A program made the translations under genes and the position numbers. Shown here one piece after another: positions 36,978-44,247 of a DNA stretch of 56,006 nt. The notes below the pieces were generated by a model. The model searched no databases. It had not been told where the DNA came from and saw nothing but the letters and a program-made list of their open reading frames with translations. Position 1 is the first letter of the stretch; each line of letters begins with the position of its first letter. The DNA is from an uncultured Pseudomonadota bacterium (GTDB lineage Bacteria; Pseudomonadota; Gammaproteobacteria; Ga0077536). The stretch is from assembly GCA_902551695.1 (NCBI GenBank), contig CACDEI010000004.1, positions 1 through 56,006 on the forward strand, in the 5' to 3' direction.

Positions 36978-38246
36978 CTATAACGCTTTAACGCGTAAAC
37001 CTGGACCTATATTCTCAAATAGCCTAGCAACGATTAACTCACCAGACAAAATTTTCGCCCTTATTAAAAGATTCTCCTCTGCTTTTCCAACCACTTCCAC
37101 GGGCAGCCTAACCAAGCGTTGTTCTCGAATTACATACACATGATCTGCGTCCGCAACCGCACGTATGGGAACTTGAAATACATTTTGATACTCAAAGTCT
37201 GGGAAAAGCACCTCAACAAAGGCTCCCGACCTCAAACCACTCTCTACAGCTTTTTGATCAACCGAGGCAAACATGTCTACCCCGCCTGTGTCTACGTTTA
37301 GTTCCGGCCCAATACGGGTTAGAGTGGCTTCATATTTATGCTCTTCACTACCGAGTTCCCATATTATTTCCAAAGGCCTTCCTAATATCGATTCCTCGCT
37401 TTGGTCCTGCCCCTCTTTTTTTGACGTAAACCGTCCATAGTCTCCCTCCGGCAGCTCGAACTGGACCTCCAACTCTCGTGCAGACAATAACCTTCCTATC
37501 TTCTCACCCTTTACCAATAATTGTCCAAGCGCAACCTGAACGTCCGCCACGTAACCCTCGAAAGGGGCAAATATCAAAGTATCGGCTAAAGCCTGCTCAG
37601 CGGTAGCTACTGACGCATTTGCTTTTTTATGAAGTGCGGTTTGTTGTTTTATCTTCGAACCCAAACGAGCAACTTTTTGTTCTCTAAGTATTTTATCTTT
37701 TTCCGTTTGGGCCAAATTAGACTCAGCATCGTCGATTGCTTTTTTACTCTCAGTCCCCTGCCTTGCAAGCTCTGAGGTTCTATCGAAGGCGCGACGTGCA
37801 AGTTCAACTTGTCTCTGGGAATTTTTCAGAAGCTCTTTCTCGAATATTAATTCAGAGCGCAGTTCATTAAGCAAGGCTTCCGCATGAATTAAATCGGCTC
37901 TTTTCTCAATAGCTAGATTTTCATAGTCGTTTCGTTCAATGGCTAAAAGCTGCGTGCCCTTTTTAAGAAGGCTACCATTTCTAAATATCGGATTAAGGTC
38001 ACTTATCCTCCCACCTAAAACGCTTCTCAGTTCGGCCTCTCTCGCAGCTCTAACCTCTCCATAAATAGATATTTTAGGTTGTATATTTATTGGTTTAGCT
38101 CTCATCACGTTCACAGGCCAAATCTTTTCCGGCATTGTCCTTTGCGAAACATTAGGCCTGGAGTTAGCTAACATTAACGTTACTAGAAGGCCTAAGAGAA
38201 TCGTACCTAATGGCAAAACAACTTTCTTATTGAGTGGGATGGGCAT
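36978..38246 (-). CDS. RND efflux periplasmic adaptor (membrane fusion protein, HlyD family)
   Basis: N-terminal anchor, a long coiled-coil (EALLNELRSEL...LAQTEKDKILREQ), and beta-barrel/lipoyl-like flanks. Sits immediately upstream of the RND gene. ATG 38246 preferred over TTG 38264. Confidence 0.8.
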   Translation of the reverse strand: MPIPLNKKVVLPLGTILLGLLVTLMLANSRPNVSQRTMPEKIWPVNVMRAKPINIQPKISIYGEVRAAREAELRSVLGGRISDLNPIFRNGSLLKKGTQLLAIERNDYENLAIEKRADLIHAEALLNELRSELIFEKELLKNSQRQVELARRAFDRTSELARQGTESKKAIDDAESNLAQTEKDKILREQKVARLGSKIKQQTALHKKANASVATAEQALADTLIFAPFEGYVADVQVALGQLLVKGEKIGRLLSARELEVQFELPEGDYGRFTSKKEGQDQSEESILGRPLEIIWELGSEEHKYEATLTRIGPELNVDTGGVDMFASVDQKAVESGLRSGAFVEVLFPDFEYQNVFQVPIRAVADADHVYVIREQRLVRLPVEVVGKAEENLLIRAKILSGELIVARLFENIGPGLRVKAL

Positions 38247-38384
38247 ATGGGTTGAGATAATCAAGAAAAATTAGTTTATTTTCAGGTCCCGTATACGAAA
38301 AGAAAAACTTTCTAGATCAAAACTAAACTTACCAGTAGCTTAGACCTCATTGCTTTTTTGGTAACATTTACTTGAAAGCAGACT

Positions 38385-38735
38385 TCACTCACCCAAACCT
38401 CTAAGGCCTGGCTTCTTGGAAAAATAACTGGATAATCGAGAAATATCAGCGTCGCTAAGATCTAGGACTTGAACTTGAACATTCATAATTGGATGTTTTC
38501 GTCTTCCGTCCTTGTAAGCCTTCAAAGAATTAGCCAGATAATCTTCATGCTGACCAGCCAATATGGGGTAATCTGGTGCCAAAGGCTTATCTCCGTCGGC
38601 CCCATGACAGGTTCCGCAGGCTTGAAGCTTTTGCTCATAGGACATTCCATTCGCTTGAGCTTCTTCAGAAAAAATAGCCGGTCCAAGTGTAATTACCGAT
38701 AACAAAAGAAAAAGGGTAAGGAAATTTTTATTCAT
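38385..38735 (-). CDS. monoheme class I cytochrome c (cytochrome c4 half-domain-like)
   Basis: Signal peptide MNKNFLTLFLLLSVITLG..., haem site CGTCHG, and AGQHEDYLANSLKAYKDGRRKHPIM...LSDADISRLSSYF. Confidence 0.8.
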   Translation of the reverse strand: MNKNFLTLFLLLSVITLGPAIFSEEAQANGMSYEQKLQACGTCHGADGDKPLAPDYPILAGQHEDYLANSLKAYKDGRRKHPIMNVQVQVLDLSDADISRLSSYFSKKPGLRGLGE

Positions 38736-38783
38736 TTGGTTATTTTGCCCCACGTTTACTTCTAAGAAATTACCTGAAAAAGT

Positions 38784-39098
38784 CTATTTCACACTAGACA
38801 AATAGCTGGCTATATCCTGCATGTCTTCCTCAGACAGATTGAAGGCATTAGCCTGCATAGTCCCGTGCAACCTTGTTCCGGCCTTGTAAGCCTTAAGTGC
38901 GCTAACGATATAGCCTGCACTCTGACCACCTATCTTTGGCACCTTATAAGAAGGGTAGACGTTAAAATATCCAGTGACTGCATGACAACCCAGACAAGTT
39001 TCAGCTTTTTTCAGCCCTTCTAGTGGGTCCCCTTCCGCCAAAGGGGCGTCCATGACTGTAGCTACAACAGCAAAAAACAATAGCTTTACATTCCTCAT
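38784..39098 (-). CDS. monoheme class I cytochrome c (cytochrome c4 half-domain-like)
   Basis: Signal peptide MRNVKLLFFAVVATV..., haem site CLGCHA, and GGQSAGYIVSALKAYKAGTRLHGTM...LSEEDMQDIASYL. Confidence 0.8.
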   Translation of the reverse strand: MRNVKLLFFAVVATVMDAPLAEGDPLEGLKKAETCLGCHAVTGYFNVYPSYKVPKIGGQSAGYIVSALKAYKAGTRLHGTMQANAFNLSEEDMQDIASYLSSVK

Positions 39099-39294
39099 TC
39101 TTAACACTCCACCGAAAAATAGAAAAAACCAATATCATGCTACTCAACGACACCAAAAAATAAAGGCGATTAGCTTTTAGCGGCTCACTGCTTACCTTTG
39201 CCGATCTAGTAGCCTAATTGGTAATATGATACAACAATTAGTAAACCTTCGGGACCGAAAATTCATATATTTAGCAAACAAACATGATTTTTAG

Positions 39295-40044
39295 ATGTCA
39301 GATACCACAATCAAATTAATTTGGGATTTTAAGACTAGTAGGATCCCAACTAAACCCGCTTTTTTTTGGGGTGTCTTGTGTCTGACGATCTGTAGCGCCT
39401 GCACCCTGGAGACTTCTTTAGAAGCCTATTTCCCAATAGAAGACGGAAAGGTTTGGGTCTATGAAGCTGAATTGACCATTGATAACAAAAAAACACCATT
39501 CAGAGAAGTAATATACGTCGACAATATGGCTAGCAAACCAGAGACAGCCGATGCCGCTTTGGTGACACTCAGCGGTAAGAGAGAGCTTTACAAATATAAA
39601 GAAGACGGCATCTATGTCATTTCCGATTTTGATAATAACCCGAAAGTTTCTGGAAGCAAATTCAAAGAGCAGCTATTTCTACCCTTAAATTTAAAAACCG
39701 GTGAAAGCTGGTTAAAAGAAACAAACCTGGTACTTCTTAGGGCCACTGGCCCTTGGGAAACGCCTTTAGCCATAAAAGGAACCATTACCACCAAATACAG
39801 AATAATATCTACTAACGAAACAGTTAAAATCGGAAAAAAGGAATTCAAGGACTGCTTAGTGATAGAAGGTATTGGTAATGATTTATTATATGGCGGCGAC
39901 TACCTAGACTATCTAGAGGTCACAATTGAAGAAAAGAAATGGTTCGCCCCTCGGGTAGGATTAATCAAAACCATTCGAAGTGAAAGAGCACAAAATAAGC
40001 ACACAAAGCCGGTACAACTAAAGACCATACTTAAAGACACGTAA
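39295..40044 (+). CDS. hypothetical exported/lipoprotein-like protein
   Basis: 249 aa. N-terminal hydrophobic FFWGVLCLTICSAC segment and a beta-rich remainder. No recognisable motif. Confidence 0.5.
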   Translation: MSDTTIKLIWDFKTSRIPTKPAFFWGVLCLTICSACTLETSLEAYFPIEDGKVWVYEAELTIDNKKTPFREVIYVDNMASKPETADAALVTLSGKRELYKYKEDGIYVISDFDNNPKVSGSKFKEQLFLPLNLKTGESWLKETNLVLLRATGPWETPLAIKGTITTKYRIISTNETVKIGKKEFKDCLVIEGIGNDLLYGGDYLDYLEVTIEEKKWFAPRVGLIKTIRSERAQNKHTKPVQLKTILKDT

Positions 40045-40297
40045 TTATTTCGAGACTGTTGAAAAAATACGTAGAATATTGATTCTTCGAGTAATTTTTA
40101 ATTATTTAGCAAAAATTTCATTTTTTTTTTGTTTTAACCATTGCGCTACGGCCAGAAAATGATTAATGTTTCGCGGCTATTTTTGAAGAGGAACATAAAG
40201 CTAGAGAAGTTCTAGTTAGAATGCCAAGAAGAAAAGAACAGGATTTGGAGCCTCAAAAGGAACCTCAAAAAAAAAATATGGTAATTGGGAAAAAAAT

Positions 40298-40936
40298 ATG
40301 AGTGCTAGAAAGACTTCCCCGACAACTAAAAAGAAGACGACCTCTGCGAAGAAAAAAATCGCAACTAAAAAGGTCCCGAAAAAAAATAAAAACCGCGGAA
40401 CCTCTGAAACAAAAAACCCGGTCAAAACGTCTAAAAAAACACCGGTGATGAAAAAGACGACGAAAAAAAAGAAGGTGCAGTCATCAAAAAAAAGCAGGAA
40501 ATTAAACCCTGATTTGCAAAATTTGAATCTTCCAGACAACTATCTTCCAAATAAAAAAGAAGAGTACATGAACCCAATGCAACTCTTATATTTTCAAGAA
40601 AAGCTGTTTGAGCGAAGACGAGAACTCATAAACCAATCTCAGGAAACTTTACATAATTTAAAAACTGAAATTCGTGATGTAAGTGATGATGCAGAGAGAG
40701 CCAGTAGAGAAAGCGATAACATTCTGGAACTCAGAACAAGAGATCGATATAGAAAACTTCTATCCAAAATTGACTCGGCTTTAAGGCGTATAGATGACGG
40801 TTCATATGGATACTGCGAAGAAACGGGAGAGGAGATTGGCCTAGGTCGGCTCGAAGCGCGACCTACTGCGACCCTGACGGTAGATGCCCAAGAGAGAAGA
40901 GAGATGTTGCAACGTCAATTTAGAGACGACCGTTGA
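40298..40936 (+). CDS. dksA: RNA polymerase-binding transcription factor DksA with a lysine-rich N-terminal extension and a degenerate Zn finger
   Basis: C-terminal 135 aa align by eye to E. coli DksA (EEYMNPMQLLYF..., SDDAERASRES..LELRTRDRYRKLL, YGYCEETGEEIGLGRLEARPTATLTVDAQE). The first ~75 aa are K/T/S-rich (TTKKKTTSAKKKIATKKVPKKNKN...). Confidence 0.85.
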   Translation: MSARKTSPTTKKKTTSAKKKIATKKVPKKNKNRGTSETKNPVKTSKKTPVMKKTTKKKKVQSSKKSRKLNPDLQNLNLPDNYLPNKKEEYMNPMQLLYFQEKLFERRRELINQSQETLHNLKTEIRDVSDDAERASRESDNILELRTRDRYRKLLSKIDSALRRIDDGSYGYCEETGEEIGLGRLEARPTATLTVDAQERREMLQRQFRDDR

Positions 40937-43900
40937 ACGTAAGGCCACTCCTTCCATCTATCGAGCAAGGGAAAATATAATCCCAAACGAATTTCACGAT
41001 GTTCCTCCAAGGATAAGACGCTAGCATAATAATCGAGCTGAGGTTTATGCCTCAAAGTCTCCGATTCTATAAAACCATCTACATCTGAGCCATCGTGATA
41101 GCCTGTCTTATAATCAACTATCCACCGAATCCCAACTGCATCCACAAAGGTCCTGTCTATGATAATTTTTTTATCACCAAACCCACTTCCGGGGAAAAGT
41201 TCTAGTTCTCTTTGAACTAGACAATGGTTTGTATTAAAAAGCCATTGGCCTCTTTCTCCAGATAGAATGTTATTTAATCCGGTCTCAGTACGTTGCAAGG
41301 CTAGATTCATATTACCGACAGAAACTCCCATGGACCTAAAACGGGCTCTAGCGTACTTTAGCGACCTATCTATTATCTCCTCTGTGGAGTGATGCTTTAT
41401 CAAGTCGTCTAGACTCTGAAAAATATAATGAGCCACGATTCCAATTTGGCGAGCCGTAATACCTGCCCATTCGAATTCCAAAGCGTCTAAACTAATTTTA
41501 TTGCGCATCGCTGAGCCACCGAACGGATCCGTATTAATATTTACTTGAGGAAACTCCATTCGTTTTAGACAAACGCCTCTATTGTCGTGAGGCTCAACTA
41601 AACTATCTTTACTGCTGTATTGTATAAGCTCCTGTGGGATTTTTTCATATATAAATTCTAGAAAAGAACCCTTTGGAGGTTTGGCAAACTGTCGTTTTTC
41701 TAAATGTTCTTCGGTATCATATAATTTACCCAATAAGTGCACCTTCTTACGAGCCCGGGTAAGGGCTACATAAAGAAGCCTCACGACTTCCTCTCGAATC
41801 TTCTGCGACTCGAGAGATCGTAAATATGAGTATAGAGAGGTAAGTGTATTATTTTGATAGGGCGCAACTATTGGACCTCTAGAGCTAGAGTCAACATGAA
41901 AATCTTCCCAATATAGAAGCGATTGCGGTTCACTTTTAACAGTCCTATGAGTGCTCGGGATTATCACAACGTCAAACTCGAGGCCCTTGGCTTTGTGAAT
42001 AGTCATAATATTCAGAGAACCTTGAACATTTTGATGGTTCTCAGGATAGGATTTCTCCAACAGGCGACTTATCTTTTGATAGGTAATTAGACCATCTTCT
42101 TTTTCAAGTTCATGGATAAGACGAAAAAATTGTCTAGTTGCCTCTCGAGAATTAGCATCTCGATATAAGCTGTTCCCGCCGATAGCATTCCAGATCATCT
42201 TCAAAGAATCCAAGAGGGAGTGGGTCTTCAAGGCCTGATAAGACTTGTGCAAAATATCCTGAATCCAAGCCATTCTTTCTGAGTCCTCTCTAGTTAATCG
42301 AACCACAGCATCAGAGTGCAATAAGAAATCACGCAATACTGGAACAGTTGATAGTTTCGAAAGCACTTCTAGGGTCAAACCTGCCCATGGCGCTCTAAGA
42401 AAGGCTAACCAGGCCACCTTGTCCGCTGGATGGAGAAGAATCCTGGAAACGATCATCAAATCCTGAATCACCGGAATATCGGCTAGTGAACTGAGCTCCA
42501 CTGATGTGAATTCTATTTTCCTTTTCTTTAGTGTTTGAGCGATTTCCTCTAGGTGGCCTTTGCTCCTTCCTAAGATACAAATTGTTGAGCGTTCTTCGGC
42601 TTTCAGAACGCTCTCTTCACCGTGAATCGAGATAATGAGCTCAGCAATATGATTGGCCTCAGCCAAGCGATCGTCTGGAGAAATATTGTGAAAGGTGAAA
42701 GGCCTCCCGTAGTCTTCTATTCTTACGGCGTTTTGAGGAACAAAGAATTCCGCACAACTTCCCACCGCTTCGAGAGCAGGGGGAAATAACTGATTTATCC
42801 AATCAACAAGACTCCTTTGGGACCGAAAATTATTTGCGAGAGTTAATCTCTCAAGCGGCACACTCTCTATCCTGCCTAGCTGGAATAATTGATTAAAAAG
42901 ATCCATGTCTGCCTTTCGGAATCTATAGATAGATTGCATAGGATCGCCTACCAAAAATAAACTACGTCCGTCTCCCTGAAACCAACCCGACACCAATTTC
43001 CTAAGAAGCTCTAGCTGGACAGGAGAGGTGTCTTGGAATTCATCAACAAGAATGTGCTTAAGGGTATAGTCAAGTCTTAACGTTAAATCACTTGGTTCTT
43101 CCAAGCCTCCAAGAGCCGAGAGTGCATCCAAAGTCTGCTGTGTAAAATCGGTTGCCTGACGCTGGGAAAAAATAAGATGTAAGTGAGCAGAAGCTAATTT
43201 CACTAGCTCAAAAATATCCTTAAGTTCACTTAGTTGATTATGAATGTTATCGTTTTTCGGCAAAGCTACAACCTGCATAAGTGCCTGAATTGCACTTGGA
43301 GAATCAGCGATCTCATTAATTGTATCTCTCCAAAGTTTTTTCATTGGTTTTGTTTCAGAAAACCCCGAAGGAAATCCATTTGAAGCATTCAAATTTTTTC
43401 TTAAGGTATTTGTTTTTGTAAAAATTAATCTTTCGAAAAGTTGATGCCATTTTTCTAAAGAAGCTGATTCCGCTTCAGGGAACATTCTCATCAGCTTAGG
43501 ATTTTTGGGATTTAAATGAGTCTCTGAAAAATTGTACAACGTCAAAATGTCTTGCTTTTGGCTTGGACTAAACAACTTATCGCAACTTAATAATCTCGAA
43601 GTTAACAAGTCTGAGAAGCGTTGGCCCATCTGATTCAAGTCTAGACCAACCCCCACTTCCATGAAAAATGTATCCCTCTGCTCTAACATTTCGGTGAGGT
43701 GCCTTTCCACCTTCGACCAATCAGAGTCATACTTCGAAAGAACCCTGCCAAGAAATGCTTTATGCTCTTCCGAGGATATCTCCGATAAGGCACGTCGAGC
43801 AGCCAAGGTATATAAACTTTTATAGTCTTCCTCTACTGTTGGGTAGTAAAGCGACTCACTGTATGAAGACGCCCTTTTGAGCAAACCAGAACAAAAGGAA

Positions 43901-44247
43901 TCAATAGTCATAATCGACAGGCGAGCCGGATCAGAGTTCAAATTCCAGCCTTTCTCTAAATCTTTCATACGAATTTTTTTTACTATCTCAGGAAGCTCTG
44001 GATCGATAGATTTTGCTGAGTCTTTCGATGATAAAAGGGCCAGAACTCTCTTTCTCATCTCTTCAGCGGCTTTTCGAGTGAAAGTTATAGCGAGAACTTC
44101 TTCGGGTTCATTGACGTTCGCCAGAGCCCTTATTAATCGGCTAACCAGCATGGTTGTTTTTCCCGATCCAGCGGGAGCCTTGACAACGTAAGAAGACTCT
44201 AAGCTATTCGCTTTCTTCCGTTCTGATAAATCATTAATTTGCGTCAT
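40915..44247 (-). CDS. addA: UvrD-family helicase / RecB-type nuclease, AddA-like subunit
   Basis: 1110 aa. Walker A APAGSGKT, VGDPMQSIYRFRKA, NFRS, TIHKAKGLEFD, LLYVALTRARKK. The C-terminal PD-(D/E)xK nuclease has IVDYKTG and QLDYYA. Confidence 0.8.
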   Translation of the reverse strand: MTQINDLSERKKANSLESSYVVKAPAGSGKTTMLVSRLIRALANVNEPEEVLAITFTRKAAEEMRKRVLALLSSKDSAKSIDPELPEIVKKIRMKDLEKGWNLNSDPARLSIMTIDSFCSGLLKRASSYSESLYYPTVEEDYKSLYTLAARRALSEISSEEHKAFLGRVLSKYDSDWSKVERHLTEMLEQRDTFFMEVGVGLDLNQMGQRFSDLLTSRLLSCDKLFSPSQKQDILTLYNFSETHLNPKNPKLMRMFPEAESASLEKWHQLFERLIFTKTNTLRKNLNASNGFPSGFSETKPMKKLWRDTINEIADSPSAIQALMQVVALPKNDNIHNQLSELKDIFELVKLASAHLHLIFSQRQATDFTQQTLDALSALGGLEEPSDLTLRLDYTLKHILVDEFQDTSPVQLELLRKLVSGWFQGDGRSLFLVGDPMQSIYRFRKADMDLFNQLFQLGRIESVPLERLTLANNFRSQRSLVDWINQLFPPALEAVGSCAEFFVPQNAVRIEDYGRPFTFHNISPDDRLAEANHIAELIISIHGEESVLKAEERSTICILGRSKGHLEEIAQTLKKRKIEFTSVELSSLADIPVIQDLMIVSRILLHPADKVAWLAFLRAPWAGLTLEVLSKLSTVPVLRDFLLHSDAVVRLTREDSERMAWIQDILHKSYQALKTHSLLDSLKMIWNAIGGNSLYRDANSREATRQFFRLIHELEKEDGLITYQKISRLLEKSYPENHQNVQGSLNIMTIHKAKGLEFDVVIIPSTHRTVKSEPQSLLYWEDFHVDSSSRGPIVAPYQNNTLTSLYSYLRSLESQKIREEVVRLLYVALTRARKKVHLLGKLYDTEEHLEKRQFAKPPKGSFLEFIYEKIPQELIQYSSKDSLVEPHDNRGVCLKRMEFPQVNINTDPFGGSAMRNKISLDALEFEWAGITARQIGIVAHYIFQSLDDLIKHHSTEEIIDRSLKYARARFRSMGVSVGNMNLALQRTETGLNNILSGERGQWLFNTNHCLVQRELELFPGSGFGDKKIIIDRTFVDAVGIRWIVDYKTGYHDGSDVDGFIESETLRHKPQLDYYASVLSLEEHREIRLGLYFPLLDRWKEWPYVQRSSLN

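Noticed and set aside
40221-40301. 26-codon upstream ORF (MPRRKEQDLEPQKEPQKKNMVIGKKI) whose TGA overlaps the dksA ATG, with A10 and A7 runs that could allow slippage
   Set aside because: It is short and low-complexity with no SD. The dksA frame upstream of the ATG is open only back to the TAG at 40217 and has no alternative start codon, so a frameshift fusion is not required. Kept only as a note for Ribo-seq.
40216-40539. 107-aa minus-strand poly-Phe ORF
   Set aside because: It is the mirror image of the AAA/AAG-rich lysine tract of dksA (TTT/CTT on the other strand) and is not a real gene.
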